From: Bacteroidaceae bacterium
GTDB taxonomy: Bacteria > Bacteroidota > Bacteroidia > Bacteroidales > Barnesiellaceae_A
DNA: 64,000 nt
Assembly: GCA_017555825.1 (NCBI GenBank)
Contig: JAFZFQ010000022.1
Location: forward strand, 7,174 to 71,173
Direction of reading: 5' to 3'
The notes beneath the pieces were generated by a model that had not been told where the DNA came from, ran no database searches, and worked only from the letters and a program-made list of their open reading frames with translations. Shown here piece after piece: positions 1 through 8,935 of this stretch (position 1 is the first letter of the stretch; every line of letters starts with the position of its first letter). The position numbers and the translations under genes are program-made.

Positions 1-2
1 GT

Positions 3-1397
3 GTGAGCACAACGCGTTGGATTCGCTTTGGCGTTTTTACACTCATCTTTGTGTTGCTTACCATTTGGATAGGTAGCGCCTGGACATTCTTGGCCTATCC
101 TCTTTTCTTTGACATCTATCTTACCCAATACATACCCTGGGGAGGCTGGCGCAATATCAAGAATCCTATCATTCGCACCGTGTGCGAGTGGATAGATGCG
201 ATAGTCTATGCTCTCGTATTGGTCTATTTTATATTTATATTTGCTTTCCAAAACTTCCAGATACCTACACCTTCGCTCGAAAAGTCGATGCTTGTAGGCG
301 ACTTTCTCTTGGTGAGCAAGGTCAATTATGGCCCTCGCTTGCCTCAAACACCCATTCACTTCCCCTTGGCGCAGCACACAATGCCCATTGTCAATACCAA
401 GTCGTATTGCGATGCTTGGCAATTGCCCTATAAGCGCCTGAAGGGCTTGGGTAGCGTAGAGCGCAACGATATTGTGGTGTTTAACTTCCCCACCGGCGAT
501 ACCGTGTGCAGCAATATGCCCAACCCCGACTATTACACATTGGTACACTATTTCGGCCGTGAGGCAGTACACCGCGACAAGGCTCGCTTTGGCGACATCA
601 TCTACCGACCCGTAGACCGTCGCGAGGCCTATGTTAAGCGCTGTGTGGGCCTTCCCGGCGAAGACTTTGAGATACGCAACAATGTTATCTATATAGACGG
701 CGAGGCGATAGAGTCGCCCAAGCGCATGCAGCTCAACTACTTTGTGAAAACTACAGGCAACAAGTTGAGCGAGCGAACCTTTGAGGAGTGGGGTATAAGT
801 GTCGACGACCGCATGTATGTCAACAATTCGCCCAATGCACCCTATCTTTTTGCTTCGTTGGGCATCACACCCAATGCGGCAGGAGGCTACAACCCTGTCT
901 ATCACTTCCCCCTCACTGAAGAGGCTCGTGCCAAGGTCGAGGCTTCGAATTTGGTAGAGCAAGTGGTGGTAGAGCCCGGTGAAATGGGTGGCGAGGTATT
1001 CCCCATGGATGGCGTACACAATTGGACACGTGCCGATTTTGGCCCTGTGTGGATTCCTGCCAAGGGCGCAACCTTGCAGCTCACTGCCGACAACTATTCG
1101 CTCTACGAGCGTGCTATACGCACATACGAGGGCAATAAGGTAGATATGCGAGGCGGTGTTATCTATATCAATGACGAGCCTGCTACCGAGTATACGTTCA
1201 AGATGGACTACTACATGATGTTGGGCGACAATCGCGACAACTCGGCCGACTCGCGCTATTGGGGTTTTGTGCCCGAAGATCACGTGATAGGAAAGCCCGT
1301 ATTGGTACTTATTTCGTTGGATAAGGACAAGAGCTGGTTTGGTGGCAAGTTCCGCTGGAATCGCTTTATGCGCACGGCAAGTTCGTTGGTAGATTGA
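3..1397 (+). CDS. lepB: Signal peptidase I (S26 family)
   Basis: 464-aa ORF with N-terminal TM segments. Box B is FQIPTPSLEKSMLVGD (catalytic Ser), box D is YVKRCVGLPGE (catalytic Lys), box E is GDNRDNSADSRYWGFVP. The GTG start is 2 nt from the window edge, so the true start may lie upstream. Confidence 0.9.
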   Translation: MSTTRWIRFGVFTLIFVLLTIWIGSAWTFLAYPLFFDIYLTQYIPWGGWRNIKNPIIRTVCEWIDAIVYALVLVYFIFIFAFQNFQIPTPSLEKSMLVGDFLLVSKVNYGPRLPQTPIHFPLAQHTMPIVNTKSYCDAWQLPYKRLKGLGSVERNDIVVFNFPTGDTVCSNMPNPDYYTLVHYFGREAVHRDKARFGDIIYRPVDRREAYVKRCVGLPGEDFEIRNNVIYIDGEAIESPKRMQLNYFVKTTGNKLSERTFEEWGISVDDRMYVNNSPNAPYLFASLGITPNAAGGYNPVYHFPLTEEARAKVEASNLVEQVVVEPGEMGGEVFPMDGVHNWTRADFGPVWIPAKGATLQLTADNYSLYERAIRTYEGNKVDMRGGVIYINDEPATEYTFKMDYYMMLGDNRDNSADSRYWGFVPEDHVIGKPVLVLISLDKDKSWFGGKFRWNRFMRTASSLVD

Positions 1398-1399
1398 TT

Positions 1400-2404
1400 A
1401 TGTCGCGTAGAGGTTCTACTATCCTATGGGGTGTAGCTGTTGTGTTGGTGGCACTGCTACTCACAGCGCTGTGTCGCATCTTTGTTGTAGAGATGTATAC
1501 TGTTGCGCCTCAACAGATGGAGAATACCCTCTTGCCCGGCGATAGGGTGCTGGTAGAGAAGTGGCACTATGGAGTGCGTCTGCCGCAGTCTTATATATCG
1601 CTGCCATTTGTCGATACGTTGCCCGGCACGGATGTACCTGCACGCTTGCCCAAGACTCCCTTGCCATACAAGCGAGTGGGTATGAGAATGGTGCGGCATA
1701 ACGATGTGCTACTCTGCAACTATCCTACCGGCGAGGCGAAACCTATAGCTCACTATCCCTCGGTTGTGGCGCGCTGTATTGGTGTGCCGGGCGATACCGT
1801 AGAGGTGTGTGGCGATGCGCTGTATATCAATGGACAGCCCTCGGTGCAATGTCCACTCGTAACCGAAGCCTATCTTGTGGGCGACTCGCTGTTGGCGGTG
1901 GTAGAGGGTGCTATGATGGCTCTATGGGGCGAGACAATGCCACGACAGGAGGTAGGTGAGCAGTCGCTCTTTTTTATAGATCGTTACTGTCATAACAAAC
2001 TCGCTACTCAATTACCCGCCGAGCAGATGCCTCGCTTGGTAACGCTATCGCAAGACAACTATAGAATAGAGTTGCCTCCTTATGGTCGTGAGGCAGTAAT
2101 CACTTCGAATAACGCAGCCTTCTATGCCGATATTATCAACCGCTATGAGCCTTGTGAGGTAGAGTTGCGAGGAGACGAACTCTATAGAGATGGCTATAAA
2201 ATAACAAGCTACCAATTCTCACAACCCTACTATTGGGTGGTGTGCGACAATCGCACGGCGTCGACCGATTCGCGCAGTTTTGGCGTGCTGCCCCATAGCC
2301 ATGTTATAGGACGTTGTGGTATGATTATTTTCTCAATAGATGCTACAAAAAGGGGATTTGACTCCTGGCGTATCAATCGATTTTTTCAATATCGCAAGCT
2401 ATGA
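1400..2404 (+). CDS. S26 signal-peptidase-like paralog lacking the Ser/Lys catalytic dyad
   Basis: One N-terminal TM. Retains S26 boxes (LLPGDRVLVEKWHYG, RCIGVPGD, CDNRTASTDSRSFGVLP), but the position aligned to the catalytic Ser is Gln (APQQMENTLL) and the catalytic Lys is Ala (VVARCIG). The ORF-track TTG start (1394) overlaps the lepB stop by 4 nt; the ATG taken here (1400) lies 2 nt after it. Confidence 0.8.
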   Translation: MSRRGSTILWGVAVVLVALLLTALCRIFVVEMYTVAPQQMENTLLPGDRVLVEKWHYGVRLPQSYISLPFVDTLPGTDVPARLPKTPLPYKRVGMRMVRHNDVLLCNYPTGEAKPIAHYPSVVARCIGVPGDTVEVCGDALYINGQPSVQCPLVTEAYLVGDSLLAVVEGAMMALWGETMPRQEVGEQSLFFIDRYCHNKLATQLPAEQMPRLVTLSQDNYRIELPPYGREAVITSNNAAFYADIINRYEPCEVELRGDELYRDGYKITSYQFSQPYYWVVCDNRTASTDSRSFGVLPHSHVIGRCGMIIFSIDATKRGFDSWRINRFFQYRKL

Positions 2405-3030
2405 ATAAACTATATATGCCCAGTGCCTATTGGGCTCCGATAAGCTACTATACAGCCCTGTATAGACATGGCGGAGCTGTTATAGAGCAGCACGATGCTT
2501 ATATCAAGCAGACCTATCGCAACCGATGCACCATCGTGGGAGCACAGGGTGTGCAAGTGCTCACTGTACCTATCGAAAAGCCTGCACCGCGCATGCTCAT
2601 GCGCGATATTCGCATCAGCGATCATGGCAATTGGCGACACTTGCATCGTTCGGCAATAGCGTCGGCCTATGGTTCGTCGCCTTTTTATGAGTATTATGCC
2701 GATGACATCAATCGCTTCTATGAGCAACGATATGACTACCTGATAGACTATAACTGTGCGCAGATAGAGAGCGTGTGTGGTTGGTTGGGTATAAACCTCG
2801 ATATATCGCGCAGTGACTCATACTTGTCGGCTACTCCCGGCGATGTTGTCGACTTGCGCGAGGCTATACACCCCAAGCATCCCGATATGGAGCGCTTGGC
2901 AGCCTACATGCCCAAGCCCTACTATCAGGTCTTCTCGGCCCGCCATGGCTTTATGCCCGACTTGTCGATACTCGACTTGTTGTGCAATATGGGCAACGAG
3001 TCGTTGCTGTTGCTTGCGGGTAGGTATTAG
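2401..3030 (+). CDS. WbqC family protein
   Basis: 209 aa. The N-terminus (PSAYWAPISYYTALY...IEQHDAYIKQTYRNRCTI) is typical of Bacteroidales WbqC-like proteins found after the lepB pair. ATGA overlap with the upstream gene. Confidence 0.65.
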   Translation: MNKLYMPSAYWAPISYYTALYRHGGAVIEQHDAYIKQTYRNRCTIVGAQGVQVLTVPIEKPAPRMLMRDIRISDHGNWRHLHRSAIASAYGSSPFYEYYADDINRFYEQRYDYLIDYNCAQIESVCGWLGINLDISRSDSYLSATPGDVVDLREAIHPKHPDMERLAAYMPKPYYQVFSARHGFMPDLSILDLLCNMGNESLLLLAGRY

Positions 3031-3245
3031 CAATATACTTTTTGATATTATACACATAACGCCCAAGCAGAATAGTTGCATGGGCGTTGTGCGTATAAAA
3101 AATATCGATACTTGACGGGTTTGTATTGCCTTAGATTTGCTGATTGTGTATATAGATAATGTAAGATTGTAATAATGCAGCGACAATAGTAGCCCTCGGG
3201 TATCGATACTATGTAATGGGGTGTGTTCCCCTCTTTGACTAAAAG

Positions 3246-3282
3246 AAAGCAGCGACTCACGTGTATGGGCCGCTGCTTTTTT
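3246..3282 (-). terminator. Rho-independent terminator downstream of rpsO
   Basis: 9-bp stem aaagcagcg/cgctgcttt (3246-3254 / 3271-3279). Followed on the minus strand by a U-rich tail (UUUCUUUU). The plus strand also has T6, so it may act bidirectionally. Confidence 0.7.
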
Positions 3283-3300
3283 ACCTTTACCGTTGGTATC

Positions 3301-3576
3301 TTATTTACGGATACCAAGCTCTTTTTGAGCGATGATGGCACGGTAGCGGTTGATGTCGGTGCGGATAAGATAATCCAACAAACGACGACGTTTACCTACC
3401 AACATTTTAAGAGCGCGTTGAGTGGTATAATCTTTGTGATTTGACTTGAGGTGCTCAGTCAAATGAGAGATACGGTATGAAAACAATGCAATCTGTGCTT
3501 CGGGTGAGCCAGTATCAGTGTTAGACTTTCCGTACTTCTCAAAGATTTCCTGTTTTTTCTCAGTGGTTAAATACAT
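3301..3576 (-). CDS. rpsO: 30S ribosomal protein S15
   Basis: 91 aa; full-length S15 signature (TGSPEAQIALFSYRISHLTEHLKSNHKDYTTQRALKMLVGKRRRLLDYL). Confidence 0.97.
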   Translation of the reverse strand: MYLTTEKKQEIFEKYGKSNTDTGSPEAQIALFSYRISHLTEHLKSNHKDYTTQRALKMLVGKRRRLLDYLIRTDINRYRAIIAQKELGIRK

Positions 3577-3616
3577 TTCCTTGAGTTTTTAGTTGTTATA
3601 TAATATTTTGAGCGCA

Positions 3617-3624
3617 CAAAGGTA
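3617..3624 (-). promoter_or_regulatory. Bacteroidetes -7 promoter box TAccTTTG (rpsO)
   Basis: Exact TAnnTTTG match on the minus strand, about 41 nt upstream of the rpsO ATG. Confidence 0.55.
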
Positions 3625-3721
3625 AGCATTTCTTTTATAACTGCAAAGGTTTGGCCTACTTTTTTGCTTTATCTTGCTGTTATTGTGCTGTTTCTATCTT
3701 TGTGGGGTGTGTAATCGGCAT

Positions 3722-5470
3722 TTATTGCAGGCACACCTTGGTGGCAATATTGTTGCACACGGCTATATAAATGCCGGCCTCGGGTGCGGTTACTTGGTCT
3801 TGGCCATGAGCTACAATGACACCTTGCATATTGTAGAGTGCAATCTCACCCTTGCAGTAAATGGTGCGACATCTAATCTTCATGCCGTTGTCGTGTGTTG
3901 TGCTGTTTATTGCCGAGTATATACCCTTCAGGCCCTTGCTATCGTACATGCCGTTGTTGTAGAGTACCAAGTCTTCGGTCTGATGCTCGCCTACGCCACT
4001 CTTGCCGTCGTTAAATATAATCATGGGCTGAACGGGTGTGTAGCCGGGGTCGAAGCTGATGGTATAGTATTCTGTGCCCTCAATGTTTACAGTTGTCTTG
4101 GTGCGAGTGCCGGGCCAGTCGCCGAGCAGATTTGTTACTTTGTTATTGTAGTAGTCCCAGCTGTATACATATATCTTTTGCCAACCGGTCTCTGCGGGGT
4201 CGAAGTATACGGTATATGTGGTGCTTGTGGGCTCTTTCTCGATGTCGCCCCAGTGCTCGGCAAGGAATTCAACACGCTCACGGATGTTGTTCTTCATCGT
4301 TGTGCCATCCTTGGTTACATTCGAGCTTCCATAGTTGGGCCAGCGCTTGTCGTCGGCTTGTATAGCTGCCTCGTAGTTGACAACAAAGTTGTCGATAAAG
4401 GTGTATATTTCGTCAAAGTTGTTCTCTCGGAACGAGTACCACACCTCTTTTACCTTCTCTTCAAATCGGGGGAATTTGGCTATTTCGCCTATCCAGGTCT
4501 GTCCGAAGGGTGGATTTTCGTAGATAAACTGTCCGCTACCACGACGGAAGGTGTTTCCAAAATCCCATACGGGGCCAAACATCCATTTTTGATTTTCTCC
4601 TTTGTCGCGGTGCATGTAGCAACTGCCGTGGAATGACTCGGCGTTGTCGAGTATCTCTTGGATGATGTAGAATCGCACCAAGCGGTCGAGGTCTATATAC
4701 TCCTCCCATTTGGTCGAGTTCTTATCCTTGTCGTATATGGCCTTGTCTATGGCTACCATCTGTTCGCGCAGATAGTTTTCTTGCTCGTCCGAAAGCTCTT
4801 CAGGGGTCTTATAGGTAAAGATGATGCGTTCGCCATTGCCTTCGGTTATGCGCACGTGGGGGTCGCTGTCGTAGTTGTCTATCTCTACCAGCCATCCGCC
4901 TGTAATGGCTTCTTCGTCGCTCTCGCCATCGGCCTGCTCTACGATATTTACACGGTCGCTATCTACGCGGATGGTCTCGGTGAGGAAATACAGTCCTATA
5001 TACTCGTTGTTGAGAACGACCTCGACAGGCTTGTCTGATGGCGTCCAGGGCATGTCGAGCATGCGAGCCAATTGGTAGCCTACTGCATTACGCAATCCCG
5101 AAAGCTCGTCGTCGGCATTGGCCATAAGGGCAAAGTGCTTACTCTTTTTCATGCCCAAGATGGCTGTCTTAGAGCCAAACTTGAGTCGGTAGGGTTTCTT
5201 GTCAAATCCGTTCCAAGTCCAGTTGCCTCGACCGCGTATTTCGAGTGGCAGTTGTGCATTGGCACTACCCAGTGCCTCTACGCCCTCGCAACCCATGGGG
5301 TCGAGATAGTATGTTGCATTGATATAAGTATCTTTAGATGTGATAGGCTTGCTGTTCTCGGTGTTGATATACATAACCGGTATTGTGCCCGAGAATGTGG
5401 CATCATCGGCCCAGACAAAAGTAGTGCATATAAGGGCTACTAAAGTGGCGAAAATTTTGTGGCGTAACAT
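3722..5470 (-). CDS. Secreted CotH-kinase-family protein with carbohydrate-binding-like module and T9SS C-terminal sorting domain
   Basis: 582 aa. Signal peptide, then a CotH-like core (KKSKHFALMANADDELSGLRNAVGYQLARML...VVLNNEYIGLYFLTE). Next a starch-binding-like segment (YTVYFDPAETGWQKIYVYSWDYY...GDWPGT). The C-terminus (IALYNMQGVIVAHG...GIYIAVCNNIATKVCLQ) resembles a type-A T9SS CTD. Confidence 0.72.
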   Translation of the reverse strand: MLRHKIFATLVALICTTFVWADDATFSGTIPVMYINTENSKPITSKDTYINATYYLDPMGCEGVEALGSANAQLPLEIRGRGNWTWNGFDKKPYRLKFGSKTAILGMKKSKHFALMANADDELSGLRNAVGYQLARMLDMPWTPSDKPVEVVLNNEYIGLYFLTETIRVDSDRVNIVEQADGESDEEAITGGWLVEIDNYDSDPHVRITEGNGERIIFTYKTPEELSDEQENYLREQMVAIDKAIYDKDKNSTKWEEYIDLDRLVRFYIIQEILDNAESFHGSCYMHRDKGENQKWMFGPVWDFGNTFRRGSGQFIYENPPFGQTWIGEIAKFPRFEEKVKEVWYSFRENNFDEIYTFIDNFVVNYEAAIQADDKRWPNYGSSNVTKDGTTMKNNIRERVEFLAEHWGDIEKEPTSTTYTVYFDPAETGWQKIYVYSWDYYNNKVTNLLGDWPGTRTKTTVNIEGTEYYTISFDPGYTPVQPMIIFNDGKSGVGEHQTEDLVLYNNGMYDSKGLKGIYSAINSTTHDNGMKIRCRTIYCKGEIALYNMQGVIVAHGQDQVTAPEAGIYIAVCNNIATKVCLQ

Positions 5471-5504
5471 ATTTATACAATGTATATATGAGAGTATCGG
5501 TGTG

Positions 5505-5512
5505 CAAAGGTA
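5505..5512 (-). promoter_or_regulatory. -7 promoter box TAccTTTG (CotH-family gene)
   Basis: Exact TAnnTTTG on the minus strand, about 35 nt upstream of the ATG at 5470. Confidence 0.5.
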
Positions 5513-5601
5513 TAAAAACTGCCGAAGATATTACTCTCTTAATCACACAATATCATGCATGGCGTGCAATAGTTTGCACTGTGTGGTGCAATGTGTGTGC
5601 G

Positions 5602-5640
5602 CAAAAAAAAGAGGTTGCGCCTCGTGCGAAGCGCAACCTC
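5602..5640 (-). terminator. Rho-independent terminator downstream of the TPR lipoprotein gene
   Basis: Perfect 10-bp GC-rich stem gaggttgcgc/gcgcaacctc (5611-5620 / 5631-5640). A run of 8 U follows on the minus-strand transcript (A8 at 5603-5610). Confidence 0.8.
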
Positions 5641-5665
5641 ATATGTTTTTTATGTATCTCAATGC

Positions 5666-7342
5666 TTAGAGAGCAGCGATATCATATTTGGCAAACTCGA
5701 GGTCTTTAGCAGCCATGTCGCGCATGTTGGCGTCGAGGCGGAAAGATTGACGGAGATTTGAATTTACCATTTGTTGGTTGTTGGTGCGAGCGCCCAATAC
5801 AGCGAGCAAGTAGTAAGTAGTTGCGTCGGGAGTGGGGATAGCAGCCAATGTAGTGCGAGCTTTGTTGTAGTCTTTAACCATGATTTGAGCCAAAGCAGCG
5901 TTGTTGCTCTTAGCGTCACCGAAAGACTTCACAGCACCGTTGTAATCACCTTTCTTGAGGAGATATACGCCCAATGCCTCGTTAACCTCGGGAACTTGAC
6001 CAGCTTTACCAAAGGCAGCAGCAGCTTGATTGTTCTCACCGTTCAACATGCTGATAAGACCTTGGTTCATGATAACCTCGCCTGAAGTAGGAGCGAGTTG
6101 GTTGGCTTTCGCGAAGAGAGTAGCAGCAGTCTCGTAGTTACCAGCCTTGTAGTACATCATACCCAAGTTGTTGTAGCCACGGAAGTCGTTGGGATAAATC
6201 TCAGTTACTTTGCTGTAGATAGCTGTTTTGCCGGCAGCGTTCTTGGTGATAGCAGCAGCATAGAGCAACTCGTCAACGCTGAGTGAAGCGGGATCAGACT
6301 CAACGAGAGCCAAGATCTCGGCATCAGACTTACCGATTACGTTGATAGAAGCTGTAATGCGTGAACGACGCAATTCGGGGAGAATCTCGTCGGCCAAGTC
6401 ACCGTATACAGAAGAGAGGTTTTTGATCTCACGCTCACGTTGTTCGGGATCGTTGTACATCTCGAGAACGCGGAGAATCAAGTTCTTGTCTTGGATGTTT
6501 GAAGCGGCAACAAGCTCACGGAAGCCTTCCCAGTCCTCAGCAGTAAACTCAGCAGTGAGTTCGGCCTCAATCTTGTCTTTCTTCAATTGTTTTTGCATCA
6601 TCTTCACAGTGTTGTTCTCACGACCTTCGGCAAGGCGAGTGTTGAGGTTGAGGTCACCATCGGGAGAAGCGTAAGAAGAGATGTTTACGTTTTCAATCTC
6701 CAAGTTCTCAGTAGCGTTGGCAACACGGAGTTGCTCTTTGAGAGCTTCGATGTCTTCTGAACGCAACTCTTTGTTACGGATGTTAGTTTGGTGAATGAGG
6801 AACTTGATGTCGGCAGTGTACTTCTCGTTGATGATGCGTTGGAACTTGTCGGCAGCGATAGCGGGGTTTACAGTACCAGCGTTGGCCAACTCGGCAGTTG
6901 CCAATACACCCTCAGCAACCTTCACGCGGGGCAACTCGTAAGTTTTGTTGCCTTGTTGAACGTTGAATGCGAGGTAGAGACCCGATTTTTGCATCTCGGG
7001 GATGTACTTGAATGCTACGGGCATTGTGATTACACCACCAGCTTTGTAAGCGATAGTTTGGTCGTTGCCTTTTACTTTCTCGCCTTGGTATGTGAAGGGA
7101 GTACCAGCAGTTTCACCTTCGGCATAAACCATGTAGGGAGTTACTGTTACAACAGCGTTTTTGTCGAAGTACTTCTCGGGGAATGTACCTGTTACAGTAG
7201 CTGTTACCATACCGCCTTTAGCCTCCAGGGGAGAGGGATTTACTTTGAAGTAATCGGCAGTGAGAGGAGTCATCTCTTTGTTGCAACCTACCAATGTCAT
7301 CAAGCAGAGGAGGAGCATAGGGAATGTTAATTTTCTCTTCAT
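5666..7342 (-). CDS. Lipoprotein with C-terminal TPR repeats and a central OmpA-C-like motif
   Basis: 558 aa. Lipoprotein signal MKRKLTFPMLLLCLMTLVGC. Central segment SYASPDGDLNLNTRLAEGRENN resembles the OmpA_C peptidoglycan-binding motif. The C-terminal third has TPR-like repeats (YNNLGMMYYKAGNYETAATLFAKANQLAP...). Confidence 0.65.
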   Translation of the reverse strand: MKRKLTFPMLLLCLMTLVGCNKEMTPLTADYFKVNPSPLEAKGGMVTATVTGTFPEKYFDKNAVVTVTPYMVYAEGETAGTPFTYQGEKVKGNDQTIAYKAGGVITMPVAFKYIPEMQKSGLYLAFNVQQGNKTYELPRVKVAEGVLATAELANAGTVNPAIAADKFQRIINEKYTADIKFLIHQTNIRNKELRSEDIEALKEQLRVANATENLEIENVNISSYASPDGDLNLNTRLAEGRENNTVKMMQKQLKKDKIEAELTAEFTAEDWEGFRELVAASNIQDKNLILRVLEMYNDPEQREREIKNLSSVYGDLADEILPELRRSRITASINVIGKSDAEILALVESDPASLSVDELLYAAAITKNAAGKTAIYSKVTEIYPNDFRGYNNLGMMYYKAGNYETAATLFAKANQLAPTSGEVIMNQGLISMLNGENNQAAAAFGKAGQVPEVNEALGVYLLKKGDYNGAVKSFGDAKSNNAALAQIMVKDYNKARTTLAAIPTPDATTYYLLAVLGARTNNQQMVNSNLRQSFRLDANMRDMAAKDLEFAKYDIAAL

Positions 7343-7485
7343 AATGTAATGTATTAATAATAAAATTTGAAGCGTAATTTTTCAAGCTACAAAATTAGAT
7401 AAAACTTATATATAATAAAGCCTATTTGAGTGATTTTTTTGTTAATTTTCAAGAAATAGCTTAAAAATGGGCCTGTTTCTTCTAT

Positions 7486-8391
7486 TTATCGCTTGTTGCG
7501 GGGGTGATGGCTGATAATTTCGTGTCGCAAGAAGTGGCGGTCGAGGTGTACATAAATCTCGGTGGTGGTGATGCTTTCGTGTCCCAACATGTTCTGTATG
7601 GCACGTAGGTTGGCGCCGTTTTCGAGCAGGTGTGTGGCAAATGAGTGGCGCAGTGTGTGGGGACTCACGCTCTTTTTAATGCCGCATTGCTCGCAGGCAT
7701 TGCGCACGATGTAAAACACCATGACTCGCGACATGTGGCGTCCTCGTCGGTTGAGGAAAAGATAGTCTTCTTCGCCAGGCTTTATGTCGAGCTCGCCTCT
7801 ATGTTGCAAGTAGAGTTCTATCTCGGCAATGGCGGTGGGTGATATGGGTACAAGTCTTTGCTTGCCACCCTTGCCCTCAACGCAGATGTACTCGTCGTCG
7901 AGGTAGAGTTGCGAAAGTCGCAAACCAACAAGTTCCGAGACCCGTATGCCACAACTATACAGCACCTCTAAAATGGCTCTGTTGCGTTGTCCTTCGGGCT
8001 GTGTGAGGTCTATCGAGGCTATCATCGAGTTAATCTCGTCGACAGTGAGTATGGCGGGTAGGTGTCGTCCCAGTCGGGGTGTTTCGAGTTGCTCGGAAGG
8101 ATCTTCTTCGATAAATCCTTCGGATATTGCAAATCGAAAGAAACTCTTGATGCCCGATATAACTCTTGCCTGAGAGCGAGCTCCTATGCCTACGTCTTGT
8201 AGGGTGCACACAAAGTTGATAAGTGTGTCGCGTTGCACCTCGTTCCACGATAAGTTTGTCGTGTCGAGGTAGCGCAACAGCTTCTCTATATCGTCTATAT
8301 AGGCCTCGATGGTATTGTTGCTCATACCTTTTTCGAGTCGCAGGTGTGCGATATATCGGCGCAAGAGGTTGTCTTGTGTAACAGCAGCCAT
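7486..8391 (-). CDS. xerD: Site-specific tyrosine recombinase XerD
   Basis: 301 aa. N-terminal SAM-like domain, and a catalytic domain with ...GIRVSELVGL..., HTLRHSFATHLLENGANLRAIQNMLGHESITTTEIY (R-H-R-Y context). Next to aroQ, as in other Bacteroidales. Confidence 0.85.
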   Translation of the reverse strand: MAAVTQDNLLRRYIAHLRLEKGMSNNTIEAYIDDIEKLLRYLDTTNLSWNEVQRDTLINFVCTLQDVGIGARSQARVISGIKSFFRFAISEGFIEEDPSEQLETPRLGRHLPAILTVDEINSMIASIDLTQPEGQRNRAILEVLYSCGIRVSELVGLRLSQLYLDDEYICVEGKGGKQRLVPISPTAIAEIELYLQHRGELDIKPGEEDYLFLNRRGRHMSRVMVFYIVRNACEQCGIKKSVSPHTLRHSFATHLLENGANLRAIQNMLGHESITTTEIYVHLDRHFLRHEIISHHPRNKR

Positions 8392-8420
8392 TTATCTCGT
8401 GATAATTCCGATTTTTTTTC

Positions 8421-8428
8421 TACTTTTG
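8421..8428 (+). promoter_or_regulatory. -7 promoter box TActTTTG (aroQ operon)
   Basis: Exact TAnnTTTG on the plus strand, 77 nt upstream of the aroQ ATG. Confidence 0.45.
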
Positions 8429-8442
8429 CAAAAGTTGTAATA

Positions 8443-8450
8443 CAAAGGTA
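8443..8450 (-). promoter_or_regulatory. -7 promoter box TAccTTTG (xerD)
   Basis: Exact TAnnTTTG on the minus strand, about 52 nt upstream of the xerD ATG. It lies 15 bp from the opposing aroQ box. Confidence 0.45.
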
Positions 8451-8504
8451 CAGATTCTTACCAAAACGTACAAATCTGTGATGTTATAAACCTACTCGAT
8501 AGTT

Positions 8505-8930
8505 ATGAATATTCTTATTGTTAACGGCCCCAATCTCAATTTGCTCGGTAAGCGACAGACCGATGTTTATGGCACTTGCTCTTTTGAGAATTATCTCGAT
8601 GAGTTGCGCCGGCGATACCCCCGGCACCAAATAGACTATTTTCAGTCCAACTGTGAGGGTGCTATTATCGATCGCTTGCATCAGGCCGGTTTCAGTGTCG
8701 ATGCTATAGTGCTCAATGCCGGGGCATATACTCACACCTCAATTGCTATAGCCGATGCAATACGCTCTATAGAGGCTCCTGTTGTTGAGGTGCATATCTC
8801 CAATGTGCATGCCCGCGAAGATTATCGCAGGGTGTCGTATATTGCCGAGGCTTGCCGAGGCTCGGTGGTGGGCTTTGGTCTCGATTCGTATCGTGTGGCT
8901 ATTGAGGCGGTTGTTGGTGTTAATAAATAG
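8505..8930 (+). CDS. aroQ: Type II 3-dehydroquinate dehydratase
   Basis: 141 aa; MNILIVNGPNLNLLGKRQTDVYG...NAGAYTHTSIAIADAI...VEVHISNVHAREDYR is the classic AroQ signature. Confidence 0.94.
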   Translation: MNILIVNGPNLNLLGKRQTDVYGTCSFENYLDELRRRYPRHQIDYFQSNCEGAIIDRLHQAGFSVDAIVLNAGAYTHTSIAIADAIRSIEAPVVEVHISNVHAREDYRRVSYIAEACRGSVVGFGLDSYRVAIEAVVGVNK

Positions 8931-8935
8931 ACTTT

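Noticed and set aside
3674-4636. A 320-aa plus-strand ORF opposite the CotH-family gene.
   Set aside because: It is a shadow ORF with hydrophobic, Val/Cys/Gly-rich pseudo-sequence. The minus-strand product has a signal peptide, a CotH core and a T9SS CTD.
7486-8391. A tyrosine recombinase that could mark an integrated mobile element or an invertible promoter.
   Set aside because: The sequence is XerD-like along its full length. It sits in the conserved xerD/aroQ housekeeping arrangement, the flanks are core genes, and I saw no inverted repeats bracketing a promoter nearby.
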